Shown here piece by piece: positions 1-10,877 of a DNA stretch of 64,000 nucleotides. The translations under genes were made by a program, and so were the position numbers. Below the pieces are notes generated by a model that saw only the letters and a list, made by a program, of their open reading frames with translations, had not been told where the DNA came from and made no database searches. Position 1 is the first letter of the stretch. Each line of letters starts with the position of its first letter. The stretch comes from an uncultured cyanobacterium (lineage in GTDB: Bacteria; Cyanobacteriota; Cyanobacteriia; Phormidesmidales; Phormidesmidaceae), in the NCBI GenBank assembly GCA_963793265.1, contig CAWBZI010000002.1:448001-512000 (forward strand), written 5' to 3'.

Positions 1-935
1 AACTTTTAGGCCGATTAGAGATTACCGATGTGCCAGTCGGCATTGGCAGCGCGGTGCCCTTAGAAGGTAGCAACGCCTTCCCAGGCTTCATTCGCAACGA
101 TGCCGATAAGTTTTACGCGCCTTTTGTAAGCGTTCCATCGGCTATTCCAGATGTTGAATTCACAGCAGCAGCAGAGCTAATTGTTGAAACCGTCAACAGC
201 TCGCCCGATCCAGTCGCTATTTTCTCGGCAGGCTCCTTTACGAACCTGGCTCAGGCGCTACGAATCGATCCGTCTATTGTCGATAATATTGCTGTGCTGC
301 AAACAATGGGGGGCGCGGTTAACGTGCCCGGAAACTTAGCTGTTACAGACGAGCCGCCCTTTTCTACAAATAAGGTAGCTGAGTTTAATATTTGGACAGA
401 TCCGCTGGCAGCATCAGAAGTCTTTGCAGCAGGTAACGAGGGGCTCAACATTCAAATGATGCCATTAGACGGGACTAATCAAGTCGAGTTTACAAGAGAA
501 GACTATCAGGCATGGTTAGATACGGGCACTGTGGAAAGCGCAGTCGCGGCTGAGTTTTTAGACTTTTCGCTGGTGGTTGTAGGCAATGACGTTAACCCCA
601 ATCCGCTATGGGATATGGTGGCAGCGATCAACCTAGCTGAACCTGAATTCTCTCAGGAGGTGCCTTTGCATATTCAAGTAGATGTAGACTCAGCGCCCGG
701 CGACACCCAAGGACAAACCAGTGCGATCACTGGTCTACCTCCCAACACGCTCGTCTCGTTAGACTCTAGCTTCGATAACCTGCCTTTTAGCGCTAGCGAG
801 CTATTCTCTTTTTCTGAAGAATCGCCTCAACCTGTTCCAGAACCTGCTTCTTTTCTAGGATTGCTGTCGATTGGAATTTTAGGCGTATTGAAAAAACGGG
901 CAGGCGATCGCAAAGCTCTCTTTAAAAAAGGCTAA
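1..935 (+). CDS. Nucleoside hydrolase family protein with C-terminal PEP-CTERM sorting signal (5'-partial)
   Basis: Frame is open to the window edge (LLGRLEITDVPVGIG). Motifs GSFTNLA, MGGA..VPGN, AEFNIWTDP, PLD, LWD. C-terminus VPEPAS + hydrophobic stretch + KKR. Confidence 0.8.
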   Translation, partial: LLGRLEITDVPVGIGSAVPLEGSNAFPGFIRNDADKFYAPFVSVPSAIPDVEFTAAAELIVETVNSSPDPVAIFSAGSFTNLAQALRIDPSIVDNIAVLQTMGGAVNVPGNLAVTDEPPFSTNKVAEFNIWTDPLAASEVFAAGNEGLNIQMMPLDGTNQVEFTREDYQAWLDTGTVESAVAAEFLDFSLVVVGNDVNPNPLWDMVAAINLAEPEFSQEVPLHIQVDVDSAPGDTQGQTSAITGLPPNTLVSLDSSFDNLPFSASELFSFSEESPQPVPEPASFLGLLSIGILGVLKKRAGDRKALFKKG

Positions 936-1064
936 AGTCAATCTGCAGTAGATTGGGTCTACATCGCTCTTGCGATTTATGGTCTTCCTTCATGAGGCTG
1001 ATGAAACATAGCGCGACGTTTCTTACGGTGTAAACCGAACACTTAAAAGAGATTTATTTTTTAC

Positions 1065-1517
1065 ATGTCTAGCCCAACTTCAACCGAGCAAAAGCCCTTT
1101 CTAGAGAGAGTCGTTGAGAGAAGCCCTCTGCAAGATACCAATCAGGCCCAGGTAGCCGCTAAGATTGTGTTTCGTATTATGCGAGATCTGATGCCCACCG
1201 ATGAAATTGACACCATCGAGAAAGACCTTCAGGCCCAAGCCTCTGACGCGGAAACAGACATCGCCGATCTGTGGGAAGATCCTAACGTAATGGTCGGCTT
1301 TTTCAGCCGTATCAGCCCGCTGCGTCAGCTTTCTATCGGCTCAGACACATTTTTACTCAGGCTCAAGCAAGAAGGTCAGCTTCCTAAAGACGCCGATCCC
1401 AAAGCAGTAGCAAAAGCAATCTTCTCTGCCACTAAAGAAGATCTTCCCTCAGCGCGAAGCAACGAAATCTCTCAGTTCCTACCAGACGAAATTCGTCAGC
1501 TTTGGGAAACCGCGTAG
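1065..1517 (+). CDS. DUF2267 family protein
   Basis: FLERV...AVAKAIFSATKEDL...ISQFLPDEIRQLW pattern; paralog at 61946. Confidence 0.75.
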   Translation: MSSPTSTEQKPFLERVVERSPLQDTNQAQVAAKIVFRIMRDLMPTDEIDTIEKDLQAQASDAETDIADLWEDPNVMVGFFSRISPLRQLSIGSDTFLLRLKQEGQLPKDADPKAVAKAIFSATKEDLPSARSNEISQFLPDEIRQLWETA

Positions 1518-1546
1518 GTGAGAACGTTCACTGAATAGCTGAAGAG

Positions 1547-1577
1547 AAAGGACGCTTTGTTTTGAGGCGTCCTTTTT
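1547..1577. terminator. Likely bidirectional intrinsic terminator
   Basis: aaaggacgc...gcgtccttttt inverted repeat between convergent genes. Confidence 0.7.
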
Positions 1578-1585
1578 AACTCATC

Positions 1586-1882
1586 TTAAATTGGAATACA
1601 GCAGGGAATGACAATGCAACCACTTTGTCGCCGTAAATCTGCCTGTAAAGTAGATGCCGCCGTCTTGCAGGCTCTAAACTGCCGGGGAGCCATTTGCATG
1701 GTTGCTAGCAGGCTTTGCTGGCCCAACATTCGCTTTGCGTAGTCCGAGCAAGACTCTCCGTACAAAATTCTGTGTGGACAGTCAAATCCTTTGCGAGGCG
1801 AAAAGTGGCGCTGATAGGCGTTAATGCCAGCGATCGCACTCCGCCGCGCCAGTGAATCAAGAGTACGAGCTGACATGGACAA
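1586..1882 (-). CDS. YidD-like (membrane protein insertion efficiency factor / haemolytic domain) protein
   Basis: YQRHFSPRKGFDC...SCSDYA motif; Cys-rich tail. Confidence 0.7.
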   Translation of the reverse strand: MSMSARTLDSLARRSAIAGINAYQRHFSPRKGFDCPHRILYGESCSDYAKRMLGQQSLLATMQMAPRQFRACKTAASTLQADLRRQSGCIVIPCCIPI

Positions 1883-1979
1883 TTATCCTAAAAGAGAGGT
1901 TCAAGCTTGCCTATCTTTTATCTTGGATACAGCCGCCGTAACTCTACCCCAAGAGTGACTTCCTTTTTGCTGAGCATAG

Positions 1980-3527
1980 TCAATCATAGTCACCGCCCGA
2001 GCCATATTTCAGCGCATCTATCCTACGGTTTGCTTTGTATTGCTTTTTAGCAGAGCTTGCAGTAGATCTATCCACTGAGCTTTCAGCAGCATTAAGGGCG
2101 CTATAGCCGCCTAGCGTGATGAAGTGACGCATCCAGTCTGCGATCGCCCCCACTCCCACCTGCGGCAAAATACTCGCCACCAAAGCCGGATGCCGCGTAG
2201 ACGTTCTCAACATTGTCTTTGCCAGCGCGGGAAACTGCACAACGTCTTGTAAAAAGGGCTTTAGCACCTCATCACCTAAAGCCGACATATCATCAAAAAT
2301 CGTCGAAAGCACTTCATTAATCTTATTCGGCGGCAGCTTTTGATTCACGCCCACACTCATAGACTTTTGAAACAGCCACGTCACCGACAAATTAGGCTGA
2401 TACGGCTGAAGACCACTTAACGACTGACTATCCAGCAAATCGGCGCTTAAAGCCTCGTGAATGCCCTGGCTCAGCCGTTCTAAGTGGCGAACCATCGCCC
2501 CAAAGCCGCCAAAGCTCAGCGGTGACTGACTGCCGCTGCTATCGCCAACAGCCAGTGTACGGTTCCATGAATACTGTAAGGGGCTGTCTTTGTAGCAAGG
2601 GAAGAAGCCAAACAAAGCGCGAGCAAAGTCAAGCTGTTCGAGAGAAATATTTTGATATTCAGGCAAAAGAGAGAAATAGTCTTCAAAAAAACTTTCTAAG
2701 CTAGGCCGACTCGGATGGGCATCTAAGTAAGTAAACATGTATGTCGTGCGGCCATCGCGAGCTGGGAAAGCCTCCCAAAAATACTGACATTGATTTTGAA
2801 TCGGTGTAACCGAAGCGATCAAATCACCCGTCTCGTTGTTGTCATAACCCGTCGCACAGGTGCCTACGACTATACACACCGCATCCGGCTGCTCTCCTTT
2901 GCGAGCCTGCTGCACCATCGGAGAAAAATGACCCATCGCATCGACCAGCAGCCGGGCCGTGATGTCTTCTGAATTTTTAGCCTGAACATTGACGCCATTA
3001 GGGTGTACAACCGCCGACTCAAAAGGTGTATTCTCCAACAAAGCGCCGCCGCTGGCGAGAAACTTTTGCTTGAGCGTTTCGAGTAAATACTTCGGGTCTA
3101 CGCCAATATTGAGAACGTCGGTTACCCACAGCTCATTGCCACCGTTGAAAGTAATACGGGCTGGATTGTATTGGGACGCGATCGCCTCCTCCAACTCCGC
3201 TTCACTCAACAGTCCCAGTCTGACAAAACTCTCCAACTCCCGGCGCGAAATATTCCACTCCTGATCGCGCCCGCGCAGCTCACCTCGCTCTAACACAGCG
3301 ACCTTCCAACCTCTCTGTGCCAGAGCCGCACCCAGCAAAATGCCAAGCGTTCCCCCACAGATCACCACATCCCACGCCACCTCTGCCAAAGGGGCCCGCG
3401 ATTCAGTCACGACCACAGTCACCTGCCGACTTCCAGACTTATAGCTGTTCCACACCTCATCCGCTTTCTGAAGGCCAACAAACGGATTACCGGAAATATC
3501 AGAGAGAATTTGCTGTGTCTTGTTCAT
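1980..3527 (-). CDS. cruP: FAD-dependent oxidoreductase, CruA/CruP lycopene-cyclase family (CruP-like)
   Basis: DVVICGGTLG, GRDQEWNISR, QYFWEAFP, QSPLSFGGFG motifs; 515 aa. Confidence 0.65.
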   Translation of the reverse strand: MNKTQQILSDISGNPFVGLQKADEVWNSYKSGSRQVTVVVTESRAPLAEVAWDVVICGGTLGILLGAALAQRGWKVAVLERGELRGRDQEWNISRRELESFVRLGLLSEAELEEAIASQYNPARITFNGGNELWVTDVLNIGVDPKYLLETLKQKFLASGGALLENTPFESAVVHPNGVNVQAKNSEDITARLLVDAMGHFSPMVQQARKGEQPDAVCIVVGTCATGYDNNETGDLIASVTPIQNQCQYFWEAFPARDGRTTYMFTYLDAHPSRPSLESFFEDYFSLLPEYQNISLEQLDFARALFGFFPCYKDSPLQYSWNRTLAVGDSSGSQSPLSFGGFGAMVRHLERLSQGIHEALSADLLDSQSLSGLQPYQPNLSVTWLFQKSMSVGVNQKLPPNKINEVLSTIFDDMSALGDEVLKPFLQDVVQFPALAKTMLRTSTRHPALVASILPQVGVGAIADWMRHFITLGGYSALNAAESSVDRSTASSAKKQYKANRRIDALKYGSGGDYD

Positions 3528-3614
3528 GCACGAACCTTAGCTAGCCAGATTTGATCACTATCTTAAGTACTGTATGCTTTTGTGAGGCGACAAACTAAAA
3601 GGAGCTAAGCAAAC

Positions 3615-4700
3615 ATGGCGCAGATCGGAGTAGCCGTCGTTGGCACCGGGTTCGGGCAAAAGGTTCATATCCCTGGGCTACAGGCACATCACCGCACCGA
3701 GGTCGTCGCAGTATGGAACCGAGACTTAGCCAAGGCCCAAAAGGTCGCTGACGAGTGCAACATCAGCATGGCGTGCGATCGCCTCTCCGACATTCTCACC
3801 CACGACAGCATCCAAGCCGTCACCCTTGCCACACCGCCCTTTGCCCACTACGACATGGCCTGCGACATCATCAAAGCAGGCAAGCACCTTTTACTTGAAA
3901 AGCCCGTCACCCTCTCCGTAGACGAAGCCAAACACATTCAAGCCTTAGCCGCAGAAAACAACGTCATCGTCATTCCCGACTTTGAATTCCGCTATATCCC
4001 CGCCTGGCAGCACTTTGCCGACCTCCTCAATCAAGGCATCGTCGGCCAAAAGCGCCTGATCAAAATCGACTGGCTCGCCTCTAGCCGCGCCAACCCACAA
4101 AGAGCCTGGAACTGGTATGCGCAAAAGGAACTCGGCGGCGGCGCGCTCGGCTCTATCGGCTCCCACACCTTCGACTATGTAAACTGGCTTTTCGGCCCCG
4201 CCACTGGCATCAGCGCTACCTTAAGCACCTCCATCCCACAGCGCCCCGACCCAACAACAGGCGAAATGAAGCCCGTGGATTCTGACGATGTGTGCGCGAT
4301 CGCCCTCACCCTCGCAGACGGCACCCTCTGCCAAATCACGCTCAGCGCAGTCAGCTACGCCGGGCGCGGTCACTGGATAGAAGTGTACGGCGATAAAGGC
4401 ACGTTGGTGATCGGCAACCCTAGTCAAACAGACTATGTAAACGGCTTCAACGTTTTGTTTAGCGAACAGGGCGGTGACTTAAAAGAGATACCTACCCCAG
4501 AGCGTTTTGCGTTTCCCAAAGTGTATGCTGATGGGCGAATTGCACCATTTGTCCGAGTTGTTAACCATTGGGTGAACTGTATTGATTCGGGCCAGGTCAG
4601 CGCGCCCGGTATGGAAGAAGGCGTTTACTCTCAACTGCTGATGGACATGACCCACCTCTCCCATAGACAAAAGGCAAAGCTGGCCATTCCAAGACTTTAG
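3615..4700 (+). CDS. Gfo/Idh/MocA family oxidoreductase
   Basis: VVGTGFG, GKHLLLEKP, GGGALGSIGSH. Confidence 0.9.
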   Translation: MAQIGVAVVGTGFGQKVHIPGLQAHHRTEVVAVWNRDLAKAQKVADECNISMACDRLSDILTHDSIQAVTLATPPFAHYDMACDIIKAGKHLLLEKPVTLSVDEAKHIQALAAENNVIVIPDFEFRYIPAWQHFADLLNQGIVGQKRLIKIDWLASSRANPQRAWNWYAQKELGGGALGSIGSHTFDYVNWLFGPATGISATLSTSIPQRPDPTTGEMKPVDSDDVCAIALTLADGTLCQITLSAVSYAGRGHWIEVYGDKGTLVIGNPSQTDYVNGFNVLFSEQGGDLKEIPTPERFAFPKVYADGRIAPFVRVVNHWVNCIDSGQVSAPGMEEGVYSQLLMDMTHLSHRQKAKLAIPRL

Positions 4701-4795
4701 AGCGATCTCAATGAGAACATTTATCGCGCTGTAGGTAGAAGAGAATAAAAGCTGTTGGCGCTTAGGGTGATGAATATTCGCTCACCTCAAGACCT

Positions 4796-5269
4796 ATGAA
4801 CGTAACGACCCGACAGATTACCGTTGGCTTTAGAAGCTCTGAAGACTTAGTGAAAGCCGAGGCGGCTCTAGAGAGTCAGGGCGTTGCTGACTTTGAGACT
4901 GAAGCGCCTGTTACTTTGGGTAATAACGTGCCGCAAAAACGTAGACCTGACAGTCAATCGGGCTTGCCTTACGCAATTTCAGTCGGTGCACTTTCAGGCG
5001 CTTTGCTAGGTGCCTTTATTTCAACAATGGCGCTAAACGTACCGAATTTACCGTCAGTAGAAGGAAGTACAACAGAGATGTACGTGCTGGTGCCTTTGGG
5101 TGGGGCTTTGTTGGGCGCGATCGCTGCTGGTCTGATGGCGTTACTCTCAGGAGCCAATCCCGAAGATCCGGATTTTGCCTACTTCAAGCTCAGAGCAGAA
5201 GCAGACTCTGTTGAAAAAGCGCAGGCGATCACAGATACCCTGATAGAAGCAGGCGGTCGATTGCTGTAG
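4796..5269 (+). CDS. Hypothetical membrane protein (two Gly-rich TM helices)
   Basis: 157 aa ORF with two hydrophobic GxxxG segments. Confidence 0.6.
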   Translation: MNVTTRQITVGFRSSEDLVKAEAALESQGVADFETEAPVTLGNNVPQKRRPDSQSGLPYAISVGALSGALLGAFISTMALNVPNLPSVEGSTTEMYVLVPLGGALLGAIAAGLMALLSGANPEDPDFAYFKLRAEADSVEKAQAITDTLIEAGGRLL

Positions 5270-5407
5270 GCTTTTTCGTTCAACGCCTACGTCCTTAGTG
5301 ATACCTGTACTCTCTCTGTCTACGTCGAAAGAGAGATCAACAGTGCTGCAATGGCTTGCATAGCGTAAACGCTGGTAAGTTTGAGAAAATGTATTCCCTT
5401 TGTAAAA

Positions 5408-5713
5408 ATGGCATTATTCGGAAAATCGGACAAAAAAGACTACGAAGCAACGGCTGAAGCTCAGATGCAAAAGCTAGGAGCCCAAATTGATGAGCTACAG
5501 GCAAAAGCAGATGTAGCAAAAGCCGACGCAAAAATAAAATATCAAGAGCAAATCGACGCTTTGAAAGTTAAGCAGTCAGAGGCAAAAGTAAAATACGAAG
5601 AGCTAAAAGCCTCAGCCGGTAATGCTTGGGAAGAGATGAAATCAGGCGTCGATTCTGCTTGGCAGGAGCTACAGGTTGCATTTGATAAAGCTAAGTCCGA
5701 GCTAGACGCATAG
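5408..5713 (+). CDS. Small coiled-coil general-stress-type protein
   Basis: ATG at 5408; helical protein with AWEEMKSGVDSAWQEL motif. Confidence 0.65.
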   Translation: MALFGKSDKKDYEATAEAQMQKLGAQIDELQAKADVAKADAKIKYQEQIDALKVKQSEAKVKYEELKASAGNAWEEMKSGVDSAWQELQVAFDKAKSELDA

Positions 5714-5752
5714 CACTATACTGAAGCTATCGTTCATGGTTGGTAGCCGCAG

Positions 5753-6625
5753 ATGCGTTTTCTCAATCCGAAAACAGACTTTGCCTTCAAGAAGATCTTT
5801 GGCTCCGAGCAAAGCAAAGACATTTTGATCAGCTTCTTAAACGCCTTGGTTTACGAAGGGCAGCCAACCATTGAAGATTTGGCCATCATCGATCCCTATC
5901 AAGCGCCTCAGCTCAAAGGGATGAAAGATACTTTTCTAGATGTAAAAGCCAAACTAAGGAATAAAACAAACGTCATTATCGAAATGCAGGTGCTCAACGT
6001 TCTTGGCTTCGAGAAGCGAGTCCTTTACAACGCGGCAAAGTCATTCTCTATCCAGCTTGATAGAGGCTATGAATACGATCGTCTATATCCTGTTGTCGCC
6101 CTCACAATTACAGACTTTACTATGTTCGAAGATAGCGACGAGGTAATCTCTCGCTACGAAATGAAAGAAAAGGAGCGCCTGACCACCTATTCAAACGACA
6201 TAGAACTGGTATTTGTAGAGCTGCCTAAATTCAAAAAGTCATTAGATCAACTGACAAGCATTACCGATCGTTGGATTTACTTTTTACAGCAGGCCGCAGG
6301 TTTAGAGGTCATACCAGAAGACTGGGAAGATACGCCTGCACTCAATCATGCTTTTCAAATTGCTGAGCTAAGCAACTTGAGCAAAGAAGAGCTAGATATT
6401 TTCGAGCGCAAGCAAATGTACATTCAAGATAGCCGTAATGCTGTACGTAAAGGTGTTCAGGATGGTATCGAACAGGGAATTGAACAGGGAATTGAGCAGG
6501 GAATTGAGCAGGGTGAGCAGAAAAAGGCGGAGGCGATCGCCCGCGCGCTGCTAGACGTACTAGACGTAGAAACGATCAGTCAGAAAACAGGCTTAAGCGT
6601 TAGTGAAGTAGAGTCGCTCAGATAA
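5753..6625 (+). CDS. Rpn family recombination-promoting nuclease (PD-(D/E)xK)
   Basis: NPKTDFAFKKIFG, LDV...IIEMQ, FVELPKF, GIEQ repeats, C-terminal ISQKTGLS HTH. Confidence 0.9.
   Translation: MRFLNPKTDFAFKKIFGSEQSKDILISFLNALVYEGQPTIEDLAIIDPYQAPQLKGMKDTFLDVKAKLRNKTNVIIEMQVLNVLGFEKRVLYNAAKSFSIQLDRGYEYDRLYPVVALTITDFTMFEDSDEVISRYEMKEKERLTTYSNDIELVFVELPKFKKSLDQLTSITDRWIYFLQQAAGLEVIPEDWEDTPALNHAFQIAELSNLSKEELDIFERKQMYIQDSRNAVRKGVQDGIEQGIEQGIEQGIEQGEQKKAEAIARALLDVLDVETISQKTGLSVSEVESLR
6464..6511 (+). repeat. 12-bp tandem repeat x4 encoding GIEQ
   Basis: ggtatcgaacag ggaattgaacag ggaattgagcag ggaattgagcag. Confidence 0.9.
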
Positions 6626-6632
6626 TAAATAC

Positions 6633-6878
6633 TTAAATAGTCGATGGAGGCGGCACTTCCACGACAATTTCATCTACTCGCCAAGCGGCGTAAGCCAGCG
6701 CTTCTAAAATGTCAGTGTGATGTAGCGTAGGATACGCTGCTAAGACCTCTGTTATTTTGCTTCCAGACGCCATCAGCGTCAAAATGCTGCTCACCGTAAC
6801 ACGCGACCCACGAATACAGGGTCGTCCGTCCATCACATTCGGATCTGAAACAATGCGAGTAAATGGCTGCATAGGCAA
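6633..6878 (-). CDS. DUF433 family protein (antitoxin-like)
   Basis: RIVSDPNVMDGRPCIRGSRVTV...YPTL...DILEALAYAA. Confidence 0.85.
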   Translation of the reverse strand: MPMQPFTRIVSDPNVMDGRPCIRGSRVTVSSILTLMASGSKITEVLAAYPTLHHTDILEALAYAAWRVDEIVVEVPPPSTI

Positions 6879-6883
6879 TAGTT

Positions 6884-6912
6884 AACTCGCTTCCAACAAT
6901 AGAAAGCGAGTT
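6884..6912 (-). terminator. Hairpin downstream of ndhH
   Basis: aactcgctt...aagcgagtt inverted repeat. Confidence 0.45.
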
Positions 6913-6951
6913 TTTATACGTTCAAACTGTTTTATCTGGTATCTGCCCAGA

Positions 6952-8136
6952 CTATCTGTCTACAGAACCCATGATGATATCAACGCTACCGAGAATTGGC
7001 ATGATATCAGCGAGCTTTACGCCCTTAAGCAAGTTCGGCAAAATCTGTAGATTATTAAAGTCAGCCGCACGAATTTTCCATCGCCAGGGGAATACATTAT
7101 CTTCGCCAATAATGTAAATACCAACTTCGCCCTTACCCGTTTCTACCCGTACGTAGTGCTCACCTTCAGGAATTTTGAAGGTCGGCGCAATCTTCTTACC
7201 CGCAAACTGATAGTCAAAGCCATTCCATTCAGACTTCGGCCCTTCCATCATTCGCTTTGCTTCTAAGTTCTCAAAAGGCCCACCTGGCAGCTGCTTCATT
7301 GCCTGACGAATAATCTTCACCGACTCACGCATTTCATTAATACGCACGATGTAGCGAGCAAAGCAATCACCTTCAGTTGCCCACTGAACATCCCAGTCGA
7401 GTTCGTCATAGCGCTCGTAATGGTCTACCTTACGTAAGTCCCACTTCACGCCTGAAGCGCGGAGCATCGGGCCTGAGCAGCCCCAGCTAATCGCATCTTC
7501 GCGCGACATTGTGCCCACGCCTTCTACACGGCGACGGAAGATAGGGTTGTCGGTAATCAGCTTCTCGTACTCATCCACTTTGGGCATGAAGTAATCGCAA
7601 AAGTCTTCGCACTTGTCAATCCAGCCATAGGGAAGGTCAGCAGCAACCCCGCCAATGCGGAAATAGTTGTTATTGATCAAACGCGCACCGGAAGCGGCTT
7701 CCCACAGGTCATAAATCAGCTCGCGTTCGCGGAAAATGTAGAAAAAGGGTGTCGTCGCGCCGCAGTCGGCCATGAATGGGCCAAGCCAGAGGAGATGGTT
7801 GGCAATGCGGTTTAGCTCCAGCATAATCATGCGGATGTAGCTAGCGCGCTTAGGCACTTCGATGTCGGCAAGCTTCTCGGGCGCATTTACCGTAATCGCT
7901 TCGTTAAACATGCCAGCCGCATAGTCCCAGCGGCTCACGTAGGGCACAAACATCACGTTCGTACGGTTCTCGGCAATTTTTTCCATGCCACGATGCAGGT
8001 AGCCAATCACCGGCTCAACGTCGATTACGTCTTCCCCATCGAGGGTGACAATCAAACGAAGCACGCCATGCATCGATGGATGGTGCGGCCCCATGTTGAT
8101 TACCATGGGTTCGGTCTTGGTTTGCAGCGTAGCCAT
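6952..8136 (-). CDS. ndhH: NAD(P)H-quinone oxidoreductase subunit H
   Basis: [28 protein letters not shown]-terminal DIIMGSVDR; 394 aa. Confidence 0.98.
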   Translation of the reverse strand: MATLQTKTEPMVINMGPHHPSMHGVLRLIVTLDGEDVIDVEPVIGYLHRGMEKIAENRTNVMFVPYVSRWDYAAGMFNEAITVNAPEKLADIEVPKRASYIRMIMLELNRIANHLLWLGPFMADCGATTPFFYIFRERELIYDLWEAASGARLINNNYFRIGGVAADLPYGWIDKCEDFCDYFMPKVDEYEKLITDNPIFRRRVEGVGTMSREDAISWGCSGPMLRASGVKWDLRKVDHYERYDELDWDVQWATEGDCFARYIVRINEMRESVKIIRQAMKQLPGGPFENLEAKRMMEGPKSEWNGFDYQFAGKKIAPTFKIPEGEHYVRVETGKGEVGIYIIGEDNVFPWRWKIRAADFNNLQILPNLLKGVKLADIMPILGSVDIIMGSVDR

Positions 8137-8254
8137 ATTTACTTTAGGTTCCTGTGCAGCTTTCCTTTAAGGTCTTTATTGTCGTACGTTTACGCCTAAG
8201 TTTCAACGTTCAAAAGCCCCATTTGCCCTGATTATAGGGTACTGACTCAAAATT

Positions 8255-9139
8255 ATGTCTGAAGACAGAACTGACTTAAGTTTTTTTCACCTGCCTGTGC
8301 TCCCGGAGCAGGTAATAGACGGATTGCAGGTAAAAGCGGGTGGGCAATATTTAGACGCGACGGTGGGCGGAGCGGGGCATAGCCTGATGATTTTAGAGGC
8401 TGCGCCGGATATAGAGCTAGTGGCGCTCGATCAGGACTTGCAGGCGATCGCAGCCGCCAAACAACGACTGACCGACTACGGTAATCGCGTCACATTCCAT
8501 CACACTAACTTCGCCCAGTTCGATCCAAAAGAAACCCGGTTCGACGGCATTTTAGCCGACATCGGCGTCAGTTCCACCCAGCTCGATCAGGCCCAGCGAG
8601 GATTTAGCTTTCGGCAAGAGGCTCCTCTAGATATGCGAATGGACGACACCCAGGAACTCACGGCTGAGGAAATCGTGAACTATTGGGACGAAAAAACGAT
8701 CGCTGACCTGATCTATGAGTACGGGGAGGAGCGCCTGAGTCGGCGGATTGCGCGGCGAATTATTGAGAAGCGGCCTTTTAGCACGACGACAGAGCTGGCT
8801 TGGGAAGTAGCCGGAGCCTATCCAGCAAAAGCCCGACACGGACGAATTCATCCGGCAACGCGAACGTTTCAAGCGCTGCGGATTGCGGTGAATGGCGAAC
8901 TGAAGGTGTTAGAGAAATTTTTGGCGGCAGCGCCGAACTGGTTAAAGCCGGAAGGGCGGCTGGCGGTTATTAGCTTTCATAGCTTAGAAGATCGGATTGT
9001 GAAGTATGCCTATCGAGGGGACGAGCGGTTGCAGATTGTGACGAAGAAGCCGTTGGTGGCGACTAGAGAGGAGGTGCAGGAGAATAAGCGATCGCGCTCT
9101 GCCAAACTCAGAGTAGCCGCTAAACGGCCAGTCGAATAA
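8255..9139 (+). CDS. rsmH: 16S rRNA m4C1402 methyltransferase
   Basis: HLPVL, DATVGGAGHS, RGFSF..PLDMRM, HPATRTFQALRIAVN, SFHSLEDRIVK, RSRSAKLR. Confidence 0.97.
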   Translation: MSEDRTDLSFFHLPVLPEQVIDGLQVKAGGQYLDATVGGAGHSLMILEAAPDIELVALDQDLQAIAAAKQRLTDYGNRVTFHHTNFAQFDPKETRFDGILADIGVSSTQLDQAQRGFSFRQEAPLDMRMDDTQELTAEEIVNYWDEKTIADLIYEYGEERLSRRIARRIIEKRPFSTTTELAWEVAGAYPAKARHGRIHPATRTFQALRIAVNGELKVLEKFLAAAPNWLKPEGRLAVISFHSLEDRIVKYAYRGDERLQIVTKKPLVATREEVQENKRSRSAKLRVAAKRPVE

Positions 9140-9220
9140 TTGTGATGATAGAGATTGTTGCAATCACGATTTTCCGTTTAGTGGCACAATAAAGTGCTAA
9201 ACAATTTCTCTCCCTTTGCC

Positions 9221-10570
9221 ATGAGCGAATCTCGCCGCTACCACGTCACCACCTTCGGCTGCCAAATGAATAAAGCCGACTCCGAACGCATGGCAGGCAT
9301 CCTCGAAACTATGGGGATGCAGTGGGAGGCAGACCCGTTGCAGGCGGACGTGGTGCTGTACAACACCTGCACGATTCGCGATAGCGCCGAGCAAAAGGTG
9401 TATTCGTATCTGGGCAAGCAGGCCAAACGCAAGCGTAAAAATCCCAATCTCACCCTTGTCGTCGCAGGCTGCGTGGCTCAGCAAGAAGGCGAGCAGCTTT
9501 TGCGACGGGTGCCGGAGCTGGACTTGGTGATGGGGCCACAGTATGCCAATCAGCTAGAAAGTTTGCTCTTGCAGGTGGATCAGGGCAATCAGGTCGTCGC
9601 GACTGAGCCGGTTCATATTATGGAAGATATTACTAAGCCGCGGCGCGATAGCGAGGTTACCGCCTGGGTAAACGTGATCTACGGCTGTAATGAGCGCTGC
9701 ACCTACTGCGTTGTGCCGGGCGTGCGAGGGCTAGAGCAGTCACGGACGAAAGAGGCCATTCGCGCTGAGATGGTAGAGCTGGGGCAGCAGAGCTATACGG
9801 AGGTGACGCTGCTGGGGCAAAACATTGATGCGTATGGGCGCGATTTGCCCGGTATTACGCCTGAAGGCCGACGCGAAAATACGCTCACCGACCTGCTCTA
9901 TTACGTCCACGACGTGCCGGGCATTGAGCGAATTCGCTTTGCTACTAGCCATCCGCGCTACTTTACCGAGCGACTGGTAAAAGCCTGCGCCGAGTTGCCT
10001 AAGGTGTGCGAGCACTTTCATATTCCTTTTCAGTCGGGTAATAACGACGTGCTTAAGGCGATGGGCCGGGGCTACACGCGCGAGAAGTATCAGCGCATTA
10101 TCGACACGGTGCGCCGGTATGTACCCGATGCGTCGATTAGTGCTGATGTGATTGTGGCCTTTCCCGGTGAAACAGAGGCGCAGTTTCAAGACACGCTTTC
10201 GCTGATGGAAGAGATTGTGTTTGATATGGTGAATACGGCGGCTTATTCGCCTCGGCCAGGGACGCCTGCGGCTGAGTGGGCCGAGCAGCTAGACGAGCAG
10301 GTTAAGCAGGATAGGCTGCAGCGGATCAATCATTTGGTGAACTGGCAGGCTGAGGAGCGATCGCAAAGATACAAAGGTCGCGTTGAGAGAGTCCTAGTTG
10401 AAGCGGTTAATCCTAAAGACCCGACGCAGGTAATGGGCCGCACCCGAGGTAACCGGCTGACGTTCTTTAAAGGAGACATTAGCGAGCTGAAAGGGAAGAT
10501 TGTGCCAGTGACTATCAACGAGATTCGGGCCTTTAGCCTTACAGGCGAGGCTTGCTTGGTAACTGCCTAA
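9221..10570 (+). CDS. miaB: tRNA i6A37 methylthiotransferase
   Basis: [18 protein letters not shown], radical [13 protein letters not shown]-terminal TRAM domain. Confidence 0.97.
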   Translation: MSESRRYHVTTFGCQMNKADSERMAGILETMGMQWEADPLQADVVLYNTCTIRDSAEQKVYSYLGKQAKRKRKNPNLTLVVAGCVAQQEGEQLLRRVPELDLVMGPQYANQLESLLLQVDQGNQVVATEPVHIMEDITKPRRDSEVTAWVNVIYGCNERCTYCVVPGVRGLEQSRTKEAIRAEMVELGQQSYTEVTLLGQNIDAYGRDLPGITPEGRRENTLTDLLYYVHDVPGIERIRFATSHPRYFTERLVKACAELPKVCEHFHIPFQSGNNDVLKAMGRGYTREKYQRIIDTVRRYVPDASISADVIVAFPGETEAQFQDTLSLMEEIVFDMVNTAAYSPRPGTPAAEWAEQLDEQVKQDRLQRINHLVNWQAEERSQRYKGRVERVLVEAVNPKDPTQVMGRTRGNRLTFFKGDISELKGKIVPVTINEIRAFSLTGEACLVTA

Positions 10571-10877
10571 TGACCGCACAGATTTTTCTCGATGAACTTC
10601 ACGGAATAAGCGCGCTAGGGTTTGTAGATCTAACTGTCATAAGCCTGCAAACGTTTTGCAGGCCAACCTTTTAGCAAATAGTCTTCTCGCAAGCAACCTC
10701 CGTAAATACTTCAAACACTTTGTATAAAAACAACAGATTTGCAACCGCTGTTTGTTGCTTTTTACTGTGTTCTTTTTGAGATAGTTTAGTCACTATTGCG
10801 GAGGCCGCAAGGCTGACCGCTAGGGAATCCTTAGCTTTAATACTACCTGAGCGCCCAACTGCGTTCTACTTTTGCTG

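Noticed and set aside
5753..6625. Rpn genes as IS transposases (also 25294-26196)
   Set aside because: No terminal inverted repeats or target duplications seen; the family is PD-(D/E)xK nuclease, not DDE.
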